Of a stretch of 64,000 nucleotides of DNA, positions 50,520-63,197 are shown in pieces. Source of the DNA: Kondoa subrosea (lineage: Eukaryota); the NCBI GenBank assembly GCA_039545335.1, contig BCIN01000001.1, forward strand, positions 3,413,136-3,477,135. The letters run 5' to 3'. The notes beneath the pieces are model-generated. The model worked only from the letters and a program-made list of their open reading frames with translations. It searched no databases and had not been told where the DNA came from. Made by a program: the position numbers and the translations under genes. Positions within the stretch are counted from its first letter, which is position 1. Each line of letters starts with the position of its first letter.

Positions 50520-52318
50520 TCAAAGCTGCTCATTGACGAAAACAGCAGCAGCGCCTTGACCCAGACCAATGCACATGCTCTGTGCGCAAGTTTCAGTTGT
50601 ATGTTGTGGAACAAGAAGAAAGAACACTGACAGTAACCAAAATCCTTTGCTTGCGTTTCTTCATTTCCGCTAGACCTGTTGCAATTTGCCTTGCACCAGT
50701 GCAGCCAAGAGGATGTCCGAGTGCAATTGCTCCGCCGTTAACATTTACTAAACATCCAGATCAGCTTGATCTTTCGGCATTGCGAGTCGAAACGAACCTA
50801 TATCGGGACTGAGATTGAGGGTTTTGATGCAATACACAAGCATTGACGAGAAAGCTTCGTTGATCTTTTGTAACGGATGATTAGCTTGAGGGACATGGCC
50901 TGGCCTGACGACAAGCTCACTTCAAATAGATCAACATCCTTGATTGATATTCCAGCTTGCAAGAGCGCTTGAGGAATAGCATAAACTGGACCAATACCCT
51001 ACAGCGAGTGTAAGTAGATGGTCTAACATGCGATTAGCACGCTTACCATGATCCCTAAGCACAAGCAATCAGTCAAAGGAAGTATTGAAAAGGAAACCAG
51101 ACTTACTCGGCGCGAGACCAGAAACAGCAGTGGTGATGTATTTGGCCATGATAGTCAGACCTAGCTCTTGCGCTCTTGATCTCTTCATCATCAATACAGC
51201 AGCTCCTCCGTCAGTGATTTGACTTATGCCCTGTTTCAGCGCGGCCCAATGTAAATTTGAAGATCAAACACACCTCGCGTTACCACCAGTGGTTTGAGAA
51301 GGTGGCCATTGAGGGAAAGCAGATCTGATCTTGCCTAACTTTTCAATATTCGTGTCCGCTCGTACTCCATCGTCTTTGGCAACGACAACTCTCGTTTTAA
51401 CGCCGTTCTTGTCTTTGACAACAGCATTGATGGGAACGATTTCATCATCGAATCGACCTGTTTGTTGAGCCCAAGCAGCACGTTGATGTGATCTTGCAGC
51501 AGCTTCATCCATTTCTTGTCTAGTGATTCCAAAATCTCCAGCAACGTTTTCCCTATTAGTTCAAGTTCGGTTAGAGAGAGAAAGAAGAAGAGATTGAAAG
51601 AATTCGACTAACGAAGTCCAACCCATGGATTCTTTGCAATCCCTCGCAACAGGATGAGCCATAATTTCATCAGACATGACTGGTGCTCCTTCATCTTTAG
51701 CAAAAGACATGCTTTCCACTCCGATAGCTAGGCCGATATCTGTTTGACCGCATCGAATTTGATTGGCTATTGCTGTAGTTGACATTAATCCAGAGGAGCC
51801 TGATATCTAACTGTTAGTATTTTCCGAAATGGGGTAAGACAAGCGAGAACACCGCACAGAAACGGTTGATAGTTTGCACTCCTGTAGTTTCAGGAAATCC
51901 AGCAGCCAATGCACCCGCTCGAGCTATCCCCAATTACTATTTCAGCTTTCGGTCTGCCGCTCAAATAATTGAGAAACGCACCCATGTAACCGTTCGAAAT
52001 AGTCAATACGTTCCCTACACAGATATCATTGACCAGTTTAGCATCGATACCCATCTTCTTGATTGCAGCCCTATAAGTTTCAACCATCAATTCATCGTCC
52101 CTTTTACCTTCTGATCAGCATACAATACTCGCGTTGATAGAAGGAACTGACCTCATGTCCTTGTAAGCACCCTTGAATGATTTCCCCAAAGGCGTACGAA
52201 TAGCCATAGTGATAACTACATCCTCTGGAGATTGACTTGTCAAAGCAGAAACGGAATCTGAGCCAGTGAGGCTGGATTTTAGGTGAGAAGCGATTTGATT
52301 GACTCTGTTCAAAGCCAT
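50520..52318 (-). CDS. POT1: Peroxisomal 3-ketoacyl-CoA thiolase
   Basis: PTS2 [61 protein letters not shown]. Confidence 0.92.
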
Positions 52319-52748
52319 TGTTGTGTGTATGAGACTATGGGACAGGAGAAGAAATAAGAGCTCGGGAATTGATAGAGAGCGAGAAATCTGGGGGATCAAT
52401 AGATTAGCCAATCAATAAATGCCGGGGTAACGAGATTACGACAAGCAGGTAGTGAAGGTCTTCAGTTGAGAAGCAACAATGCAAAAGGTGTATGGAGCAA
52501 GATGGAACAAGATGATAGACTTTGAACAAATTGCATTCCATCCCAAATCTATGAGATTGAAACATGTTTCCCATCCTTCTCCTCTGCATCTGCTGTAACC
52601 AAGCCCTTTGGCGAGGCACACTTCTCCGACACTTCGCTTCAAATTACTTTGATAGATTGTGCTGTAGACTTGACGGCTCCGTCACGCTTCCATGCACGTA
52701 GCGAGCAGAGAGCCTACCTGAAACACTGTGTTAAAGTATGCTGACGGC

Positions 52749-53481
52749 TCATGACAACGCCTTGTTCATGAATCTCCGCTTCTGTACATTGCGAAAACAT
52801 GATAAGCATCACACAATGCAACTTGTTCCCGGAAACATACCTGGAATGACATCCACCACTTGCTCGGTTTCCCTTCTTCCCCATAGACAGTCTGCACTAA
52901 TCGTGCCGCACATTCTTGCCTGATTTGAGTGAGATATTGTCTCATTAGATCTGTCAGTCAGAAGTCAATACGAATCTCTACACGAAAGAGAAATCATTCG
53001 ACGACCGTGCACTGACCTGAATCTTGCCTGTTTGCTGCTTTTTCATACATCTGATTGATAGGGAAACCAGATTCTCCAGGTAAAGCAAACGTATCAACAG
53101 CAACGCTTTGCAATTGTTTGTTAGCGTCATTGGTTGACCATTGAGGATGAGTAGAGATTCTTGTAAGACAATCTGAAATGAATAGAATGAGGTAGACGAG
53201 CACTCGATCTGCTGCGCCGTAGATTTCAAAGTTGCGGAAAAGGGAGTTGGCTCTGAACAGGATTAGGGATTCATCCACTATGTCAGGAATAGATGGATCT
53301 GGGTTGTCTATTCACATGTTCATCACCATTAGCATGCTATATAATGCAAAAGGTATGACCACTGCGAACCTGGTTGAGGAGCTGGACCGCGAATCTTGGT
53401 CTTCAGAGGTAGGACTGCCATATTGCCTACTTGCCTATATTGCAGAGCAGCTTCATTCTGTGCAGAGTGATAAGCTGGCAT
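52749..53481 (-). CDS. ARC18: Arp2/3 complex subunit 3 (p21-Arc)
   Basis: [65 protein letters not shown]. Confidence 0.95.
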
Positions 53482-53529
53482 TGTTGCAAACGTCTGAGAG
53501 TCGTTGAGCAAGGTCAAACCAAACCGAGC

Positions 53530-54637
53530 ATGTCACAGGGAAGCGTTATTTCGAGATTCGTGAGGTTTGTGATGCGCTCCCTGTGTACATCACATAGGCT
53601 GAAGGGAGTGTAGCGAGAAATCTATCGAAGAGGGTTCGCGTGCTGTGTCAACTCGTGCTGTTTCCTTGGATCTTACTCTCTTTATCTTTCTTCTTTGCTG
53701 TACCTAGCTAAAGCTAGAAGAGAGGAAGAGTTCAAAGTGCTTCACTCGTATTCATTCTCTGTTGGCGAGTGCTGATTTGTTGCAAGGCAGCTTACGCTCG
53801 CATAGGTCAGGTGCGTTTGGAAGATCTAGCTGATGCATGCGCATCTGATTGATCATCCGACGTACAGGAGGTGCCGAAGCAAGATGATGCACCGTGCGAT
53901 TTTTACCAATTCCTTTCAGTTCTTAGCTGAACTCCATTAAAGGTATGATCCGCGATCGCTGTACGAGCGATTACAAGAGCATAAGGCACCTATCATTCTC
54001 TCCGTTCTGTACTCACACTGATGTCCCTTGATAGGACAAGAAACAGGAAGAATTCGAAGAGAAGCTGAAATTCAGTTCGTGAATCGCGGATTTCAGCTGA
54101 CTTTTAGCTGAAGTCGCCATAATCGAACAGAGAACCAGTTCAGAGGTCTAGATGAAGATGAAACGTATTACCTTGATACGGTTCTGGATGAGAAACGACA
54201 AGCGGAACAAATGAGGAAAGCTGAAATTGATGATGAACTAGCTGCTTTTCGAGAGTCAGTCCACCTTCCTTAGCTGTCATCTACTTTCTCTGTTCTATCC
54301 CTTATTCTAAAGCTAATATCATGGATACATTAGGAAACAAATGGCTGCTAAAACCGAGACTGCTCCTCTAGCTCTTTCTCCTCCATTACCTTCCACTTCT
54401 TCAGCTCTCCCAACTCCAGCTTCTCTTCCTTCTTCTTCTTCTACTACTACAAACGCAACGTCGATACCTGCTCCTGCTTTAAGCAAAAAGAAGAAAAAGG
54501 AGAAACAGCAAGGCAAAAGTTTACCTGGTGTGGTTGTCCGAAAACCTTCGACAGGGGAGAAGAGGAAGGCTCCTGTCGCTGAGGAGAAGAACGCAGAAGG
54601 GAGTGGGAAGAAGGCGAAAGTGGAAGAAAGTGCTTGA
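53530..54637 (+). CDS. FAM192A/PSME3IP1/Fyv6-like (Nefa_Nip30_N) protein
   Basis: SRFVS, YDPRSLYERLQEHK|DKKQEEFEEKLKF|KNQFRGLDEDE. Confidence 0.85.
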
Positions 54638-54920
54638 TCGGAAAACAGATACAAACAGAGATCAGAAGCAACAAACAGGAAAAGAATTGTTATTAGGGTG
54701 AGCGGTGGAGTGTGATATACTTTTCGAAAGTATTCACATTGACCTTTCTCTCACAGATATCGAATCAAGTTGGGCGCCAGGTTACTTTTGACTGAATGAA
54801 ATCAATCACTCTAGTATGAAGTGAAAGTCCAACATCGTATACTTTGCCTGAAATGAATATGCATTGCGTAAACTAAGACAATCTATGTTCGCTCGCTCGT
54901 TACTGCAGTGATGTCTTTCC

Positions 54921-56203
54921 CTATGCTTTGAGATATTTGGCATGGAACTTGATATGTTCAGGTCCGAACTGAAATCGTCATCAGAAGGCATCCACACGCA
55001 ACGATCAGAGAAACGCACAGTCTGAATGAACCAATAGCTGTGATCGAATCCTGTACGTGGGAACAGGTGCAATCAGCACTAAGCCTATTGTGCCCTTCTT
55101 CTACTCGTACCTTCTTGCGAGCGCACAGTAACATTGCTCTGACCTGATTTCTTGATCGCAGCATCAAAGTTTTCGGGTAACAATTGACCATCTTTATAGA
55201 ATTGATCTCCCGTTCCCTATACGATGCGCCGAATGTCAGAACCTCGCCAAGGCAGGTCTGAGAATAAACAACACGCACATAATCAATCAATAGATCCAAT
55301 TTTCTTCCCTCTTTCAAATTCTTGACCAACTCAGTCGCATCCCTTCCTTTACCTTCTTCAATTCCATTAGAAAGGTAGCCATCGGATCCATTTGGTCCGG
55401 CGAAAGCTTTTTTACCCCAAGCACATTGAGTTGGGTTTAAGATGGGAGCGAAAGCGGATGAAGATTTGTATAATTCTGGGTAGAGTAGGTAGAGAGTTAC
55501 AGCTCCGTGTCCGCCCTGTCGTTAATTCATCTCGTCATAGCTGAAAGATAGCTAAACAAGAGAGGAAACTGACCATTGAATGACCAAAGATGGAAGCGGT
55601 TTTGGTGTCCTGCAAATGGGTTCTTCGGTTTAGCACGTATCGCGCCGAACAAAGACACCACTTGCCAGAGGTAGACCGGTCTCTTGCAGCATCTTTGGCA
55701 ATTCTTGAGTGATGAACTTATCCCTGTACGCGTTCAAAACCTATCGAATCTCCTACTGAGACATGACAGTAATATCACGCACATATTGTAATGCTTGCTC
55801 CATTTATCATTGGTAGCGTTCAAATAGAAACCAGCTGCACTTCCGAAATCCCAACTATCATCTTCACCTTCAATTTTAGCTCCTCTTGGAGACGTATCAG
55901 GGAAAACCAAAGCTATGCCTATCCTTCTGACTCAATATCCACCAATTCCATGCGCAGTAGAAGAAGGTACTAACCTTGTTCAGCTGCATCCCTCAAGAAA
56001 CCACCTTTCTGAGCTCCAGTATCGGCATTGCAAGTCAACCCAGCCAAGTAATACAAGACAGGGAACTTGTTTGATTCGCCGCTAGAAGTGGTAGGGACGA
56101 AAACGTTGAAGGAAGTTTCGAGACCACCTAAAGCTGAAGAAGTAGCTTTGAAACCATAGATGGCTCCATTCCAGGAAAGGTTCTTGCTTGTCTGTTCGAC
56201 CAT
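54921..56203 (-). CDS. S-formylglutathione hydrolase (esterase D)
   Basis: [68 protein letters not shown]. Confidence 0.93.
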
Positions 56204-56367
56204 TTTGATCAGAGTACGTAGAATAATGTGAGGAATCAAGAGTTTATAGTGAGAGGGTTGCTTAGGTTATAACCCGGAATTAACGGAAGGCTTAAAGATT
56301 TCAACCAGGCCTTACAATTTCGGGTAAGGGTGGCTATTTTTTAACGTATTGCATTCTAAGACTTTGC

Positions 56368-57804
56368 ATGCGAGTGAATGGAGCCTTAGCTGTTCTCAAG
56401 AAAACTATGACCACAGATGTAGCAGCTCTACAAGCAAGAATAGCCGAACTAGAGCTTCAAGTCACTTCGCTCACTTCTACAAAACCAAAGTTAGGCAAAC
56501 CAGCTCCCAAGCGAGCTTTCGACTTCTCTAAATACCCAAGAAGAAAGATAGCCCTGTTGTTCTCTTACGAAGGTTGGCCTTACAGTGGATTAGCTCTTCA
56601 GAAGCTAGCTACTCCTCTACCTACTGTGGAAGAGAAACTATTGCAAGCGCTTAGGAAAGCTTGTCTTGTTCCAGCTGAAGCAGATGTTGAAGAACTAGGT
56701 TGGTCAAGATGTGGTAGAACGGATCGAGGAGTTTCTTCTTCTGGTCAAGTCGTTAGTCTTTGGGTTCGAAGTGGTTTGCCTGTGGAAGAGTTGCAAGGAA
56801 CCGGGGCTATCTTGCCTGGTCAAGATATACCAGTTGTTGATCGAACCAAACCAGCAGAAGATGGTTCTGCAGTTATTGACGATTGGCCAAGACATCCACC
56901 TAATGCACCTTCTCGCAATACTGGTTCCACACAGGAATTACAATACGCTTTCTTACTCAATCGAATCTTGCCTGACACCATACGTGTTTCAGCCTGGTCA
57001 CCAGTAGATCAACGCTTCGACGCTCGTTTCTCTTGTTTAGGTCGACATTACAAATACTTCTTTTCCTCTTCTAAGACTCTACCACTTAATATTGAAGCCA
57101 TGAAAGAAGCTGCTTCTCTTTTGATAGGAGAACATGATTTTCGAAATTTCTGTACTTTTGATCCAGCAAAACAAATTACCAATTATAAACGACAAGTTTA
57201 TTCAGCTACTATTTCTCTTCAACCTTCTTCTTCTAACAAGGAAGAAGAGCAATGTTATGTTTTTGATCTACATGGAACTGCTTTCTTATATCATCAAGTT
57301 CGACATATAATGGGTTTACTTTTCCTAGTTGGATCCAATACAGAATCGCCTTCAATCATTTCTTCTCTCCTTGACGTCGAATCCAATCCTACTAAACCAA
57401 TTTATGAAATCGCCAATGAAATCCCATTGGTTCTTTGGGCTTGCGATTTCGCTCCTGGCGTTTTGAATTGGCAAAGAGAAAAGAAACGTTCCCTAAAAAT
57501 GGATCAGAGGTTAGAATTGTTGAGAATCCAATATGAAGTTCAGAAGAGTCATTATATCGCTTCACAACTTTTACCTCTTGCTCTTGGAGAGAAAGAAGAA
57601 GAAGATGATGATGATGGGAAACAAACTTGTCAATCTGGAGCGGGTAATACTATCAGAGTCAGTCCTGGGAAATACGTTCCTCTGCTCAAAAGACCAAGAG
57701 GAGATCATTATGAGACTGCGAATGAGAAATGGAGGCAATCAGCAAAAGGTCAAAAGTTCTTAGCTCGTTATGGATCAAAGGAAGAGGTGGATGATGATAC
57801 ATGA
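56368..57804 (+). CDS. DEG1: tRNA pseudouridine(38/39) synthase
   Basis: FDFSKYPRRKIAL..YEGW.YSGLA, RCGRTDRGVS, LNRILP, FDARFSC..RHYKYFF, GEHDFRNFC, AFLYHQVR; intronless. Confidence 0.93.
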   Translation: MRVNGALAVLKKTMTTDVAALQARIAELELQVTSLTSTKPKLGKPAPKRAFDFSKYPRRKIALLFSYEGWPYSGLALQKLATPLPTVEEKLLQALRKACLVPAEADVEELGWSRCGRTDRGVSSSGQVVSLWVRSGLPVEELQGTGAILPGQDIPVVDRTKPAEDGSAVIDDWPRHPPNAPSRNTGSTQELQYAFLLNRILPDTIRVSAWSPVDQRFDARFSCLGRHYKYFFSSSKTLPLNIEAMKEAASLLIGEHDFRNFCTFDPAKQITNYKRQVYSATISLQPSSSNKEEEQCYVFDLHGTAFLYHQVRHIMGLLFLVGSNTESPSIISSLLDVESNPTKPIYEIANEIPLVLWACDFAPGVLNWQREKKRSLKMDQRLELLRIQYEVQKSHYIASQLLPLALGEKEEEDDDDGKQTCQSGAGNTIRVSPGKYVPLLKRPRGDHYETANEKWRQSAKGQKFLARYGSKEEVDDDT

Positions 57805-57922
57805 GATTTACTATTTATGCATGAAGGCAAACTTGTATGGTGGGTACTGATATTACTTTACTAGTTATTTACACAAACCGATGAACTGATGATATATGGA
57901 AACAGATTGAGAAACATCAGTT

Positions 57923-60900
57923 TCAAGACCTCTGTTTGGGGACTCCAAGATTAGCTGTTGAGCTACGTTTGAGCTGGATAGGTGGGCGCTGTTCTCCGAT
58001 AGGTGATCTTGCTCGACTGATCACTTCTCCACCAACTCTAGCAAAACCAGTCCTGCTTTGCGACAAGTTGCTTATGCCAGTATTGGCTGAATTACTTCTT
58101 CGCATTGCTCCCCCTTGCAAAGCTGAAGACCTTCGAATGCTATTTGTCACTTGTCCCACTTCTCTGGCCAACTCTTTCGCCAGCTCTCGAACCAAGATAG
58201 CTGGATCGCCATCTGCTAACTGTCGAATCGTAATGACTAATTTGGGTGTTTTGGCAATCCGATCTCGGGCGGAAAGAGTAGTAGATTCGTAGAGGACTTT
58301 GGTGATACGGAGAAGATTGAGTCGGACAACCGCTTTGGCATGCGAAGAGAGTCGTTCGGTGAGACGAGCGAGGAAGGTCTCTTGACCAGCTAGATGTAGA
58401 CACAGACCTCCAGAAGTACGTAGAATCTAGTAGATCGTCAGATGAACAGTCAGCATCTATGGCATCTGCTTACTTTGAGCAAAGGGTCAAGCAAGTTTTC
58501 AAAGGTTGTTGCTTTCGATCGGCTAAAAGCTTTGATGACTGCTTCGATCGCTTGCGGCTGTAGCAGAGCATCCTCTACTCTTGCGGTGTCATCGGAAAGC
58601 CTTTGTTCTGATCTGAGTATGTACGATATCCATTTTGGCACTTCGCTCACCAAGCTTGAATACTCTCGAGAGCAGACACACTCCAAAAAGGATCTCGTAA
58701 CAGACCAAGATAGAACTGTAAGCCATCGTGCAGCCACAGAAGCTTTCGACAAGTTCTGCTACTCTGAGCAAAATCGCAAAGGATGGGTAGAGCAAATTGC
58801 TTGAGGGGAGAATTGGTTTGGACCAGATCCATAAGAACAGGAATAGCTCCAGAAGACGCTGCTTCCTCTTGCCTTGTCTTTGATAACCGACAGAGATTGT
58901 ATAAGGCGTTGACGATTGGATTGGCGATTTCTGTTGAGAAAGCACTATTGCTGTGATCTTTCAGTATGCGAACAAGAGCTTGAATGACATCTGCGTTCTG
59001 AAGAATCTCGAGAGATTTGGGCGACATGCTCGTGTTCTTTATTGCTTTCAAGATTGATATCAGGAGTTCGCCGTCAAGTAGATCTAAAGCTTTGACGAGA
59101 CCTGGAGGAGAGCCTTAGATTGGGTCGATCAGCTACACATAGAGCTCACGCGTTATCACAGGCCTTGTTGTGAGGGCTTCTTTGACTTTCAGATCCGACT
59201 GAGCGAATATGAGAAAAATCGAGCAGATTTTTCCCTTTGCGCTTTCTGCCAAGTCGTCGCTATCTTCTGCACTGTTCAGTAAAGCGTTGGCCAAAGGAGT
59301 CAAGATGCCTTCTGCTGCGAGTATTCGACAGAAATCGGTACGAGAAGTGGAACCCTGATCCAGAACATCAGCGTTTGGCCCTTCCACGATCAACAACGCT
59401 CACCTGAACTTCAAAGACACGGCAAAGACCTTCTACAGCCATCCATATCAGATCTCGCTGTTCTTCATAATTCTCATCCATCATTTCTACCAATGTTTTC
59501 AGGCCACGGCATGAAATGAACATTTGCAGCTACCATACAAGTCAGTATTTAGTAGTCGAGGCAAGGCAGTGCACAAACAGTCAGCAAAGACGTCCGACAA
59601 ACCGAGCCGATGAAAAGCGCTGCTTCAAGTCGAAGATCTCGAGGATATCTGTTTGCCGCAAAGCCAATGATTACAGGGCAAGCGCCAATGAGCTGTTCAA
59701 ATAAGTCCGGTCTATTAATTGGAGTGAAAATGGCATACACAAATTTTCTCTAGTGTCTCGCCATCGTCCTCGATAACCTGTAGGATACTGTCAGAGAGAG
59801 TACATGGCTTATGATGTAGAAGACCAACCAGGTTGATGATTCGGAGCATAGATCCTAAGGCATCTCTCGACTTCCGCGTTTGTAATGCTTCGACAATAGA
59901 TAGCATGCCGTGCTCGCGAAGGAAGACTTTCTTCGCTTCGTCCTCTTCTTCAAAGTATGATATCTGATCGAACGTGAGAGACATCTCGAAAACTTCATAC
60001 TTTACTGACCAGTTGTAAGCACAGCTCATTTAGCTGATAATCGCCAGTTTCTTCATTTCCAAGCGCTTCAATGAGTTTCTGAGTAAAAGTTGATATGCGA
60101 GCGAGTTTATCTCTAGCCATAACTTCCGCATCACCATCTTCCGCAGGTGAGAACTCATCTTCAGCGAATGGATCGTCTTCATCGCTGTCTTCATCACCTA
60201 GCCATGATCGTCCAGAGAGCTTGCCTGACAATTTCAAAGCAGGTGGGAAGGAGATGTCTGTAGATAAAGAAGCGAGGCGCATGAGACGAGTCTCGCGCGG
60301 CTTGCTTCCACCTACTGGATGTTTGACCAAGTGTGTCTTTACCGATAAGATCAGAGAAATCTTCCGTATCTTCGTTGACCTCCGAATACTTGTCGATCGA
60401 GCTGATGCTAGCGCTATTTGGTATCGAAGATCTTTGATGAACTTGGTTGAGCGGCGGCGAGACTTTACCGAAAGGCGAAGAAGGTCTCGCAGCGGGAGAA
60501 GTAGGTCTCGCAACAGGTGAAGTAGATCTCTTGCTTTCTTTCAACGAAAGCGCTGATACTGATGCATTGAGAGAAGGCATTGACATAGAGGCAGGTATTG
60601 AAGGTCGTACAGTCTTTTCTCCGCCCAAAGAATGGATAGAACCAGGATTGGAAAGATCTCGAGGGTGCAAGATCCGCTTCTGATTTGCGTTAGCAGTACG
60701 TAAAGAAGCAACTCGACCTTTGAAGACTTTATCATCTACTACTATATCAGAATAATCTTCTTCTATCGCATTGAGAGGTTTGATTTCGCTTGAGACTTTT
60801 CTTGCTGCAGCTGCCCTTGCTAACGGTCGAAGGGTTTTCGAATTATCGTCTGTTCCGAAAGAATCATACTTCTCTGATGTATCTCGATCTAGAGCTGTGA

Positions 60901-62531
60901 GTATGGAGCAGACATCAAAAGCTGTACACACAGCGAAGGTCAATCCAGCTCACCAGCAATCTTTGTAGGAGGAATATCATCCTCGAAATCTTGATCCCAA
61001 TTATCCTCTTCTTCGCTGCTAGGAGGTTCAACAGTCACAGCAGGCTGTTTCGTAACCGAAGCAGGTAATTGAGGTATCGATACTGATGCTTGTCTCGCTC
61101 TTTGCGCTGGCTTGACAATGGTATTTTCCGGTAAAGACGAGAGAGGATTAGATTGAGGTTGTAGCCGTACTGTCCGATGTTGGAGAACGTTCGCGACTTC
61201 TTCGCTTGGTCGAGATGGTTTGGCTAGCGGTCTTGATGGTTTGGCAGAGGAATCTGTCAGGCAGTAAATTGGGTGAATCTTTGTATCAGGATGCAGCCAA
61301 CCAGGACTGACATTCTAGAGCTTTGTTCCACTCCTGCACTTTATGTACCGTCTCATCATAAGCGCTGACCACACCTTTATTGCTATTCGAAACCACTCTA
61401 GGACTACTTTGATCCCTCTTTGTCTGATCCAATCTTTTTCTAGCACTAATCATCCAAGGGTGTTTGAGCAATTTCCTAGCCGAGATTCTAAGGTTGCAAT
61501 CTTTTTGAAAACATTGAAGTAAGAAATCTCTTGCAATCGGACTTGCACCATCTGGTATAGGTGGACAATCGTCATTGACGATTCTGAACAAAGCGAGCAT
61601 CGGTTCAAGGAAAGAGTACATTGGTTTTCCATCAAGCAATTCAACCACAACTGCGCCAACGGACCAAATATCAGATGCGGTTGTAGCTCCAGATTGATCA
61701 ATAACTTCAGGTGCCATCCAATAAGGTGATCCAACTACTGCTGAATCTTTCAGTGGTCCAGCTCGAGTAGCGACACCGAAATCAGCTAATTTGACACCGC
61801 CTTCTTTAGTTGCGAGGATGTTGGAAGCCTTGATATCCCGATGAATGACACCTTGATCGTGAAGGTAAAGGAGACCATCCAGGACTTGACAGATGTATTG
61901 AGCTACTAAATGTTCAGGGAACTTGCCAAACTGTGCTTATGCAATATCTGAGCCACGATATGGCATTGACACGGCCATACGCACCTTCTTATTGATGGAA
62001 TGCAAACTTCCATTCTCACAGAACTCGAGGATGATAAAGAGATGATCTTTCGTCCTTTTAGACCCACGGTATTGAACGATGTTAGGGTCTGTAAGATCAT
62101 CTGGAGCTCGCAATCGTACAAACAATCGAGAACTCGAGTGACTTACGATCTAAGTTCTTCAGCAGCTCGATTTCTGACTGTGAATCTCGTTATAGGCCTT
62201 CACTTTGAAATCGGATAGTCCAAGCTCACCATGATTTCTGGCAATTCCGACCGAGGGATATTGCTCAATCCAATCTATTTGCCTTAAGAGTCAATCTCAT
62301 TGCTCTGCTTGCAATAGCAAAACGCTTACCTGCTTAACAGCTACAGTCTCTCCTGTTGTCCAATTCAAAGCTCTGTAGACCTATTCTGTCCCATTGAGTC
62401 GCTGAAAACCCATAGTAGCTATAGAGACTGACAACACCGAATGCACCACGACCCAAGACATCGGCCAGCTGGTATTGAGGTAATCCAGCAGGTTGTTGTC
62501 CTTCTTCCGATTCTCCTCCATGATGATTCAT
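57923..62531 (-). CDS. Cdc15/SepH (S. pombe Cdc7)-type STE kinase with ARM-like C-terminal repeats
   Basis: [87 protein letters not shown]. Confidence 0.92.
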
Positions 62532-62705
62532 CTAAGCTCTCCCTCCTTCTATGTCATTCCACTCTCAGCTTGCGGTATCCCTCTGGTTGGTTATAGGGGG
62601 TCAATGCCTTCAATTTTGTATTGCTTCGTCGTTGCTGATTGACGTCGACATCCAACTCATTTCTCGCTCTTGATCACATACAAGCCACTTGTAAAGGCTT
62701 CAGAA

Positions 62706-63130
62706 ATGGCTACGAAACCATCTGTACGCCTTAATCCATCGGTAGAACGCGTAATAACGTAAAAGTAAACATTGCACTTTTATAGGTCATCAAGTAAGCC
62801 CAATGAGCCCTTGAGTCACCCAGGTTGAGTGTCCGCTTTGAGAAGAATGCAGGAGAAGATTGCAAAGCTCAAGCAGGAAATCGAAGCCATGGAAGCACAA
62901 TTTGAAGCCGATGAGAACCCAGATGCAATGGTTAAGAATCATATTCAACTCCTGCATACTTACAATGATCTCAAAGTGAGCTTTTGTCTTGTTTAATAGC
63001 CAAAGTGTCATGAAACATTTACGCGGGTGAAAAGGATTCAGGTCAAGTACTGATTGGAAAGATTGCTACTTTGGAACGAACCACTGCTTCTGAAATCTAT
63101 CAACGCTTAGGATTATCTCACGAGGATTGA
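62706..63130 (+). CDS. Swi5/Sae3 recombination mediator
   Basis: VKNHIQLLHTYNDLK|DSGQVLIGKIA..TT.SEIYQRLGL..D matches the Swi5 family; 5' exon structure ambiguous. Confidence 0.8.
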
Positions 63131-63197
63131 GAGAGTGAGTTAGTTTTCAATTCTTCATTTTGCTGCATATCTGTCTAATCGGTCTAATTGTGTAAAT

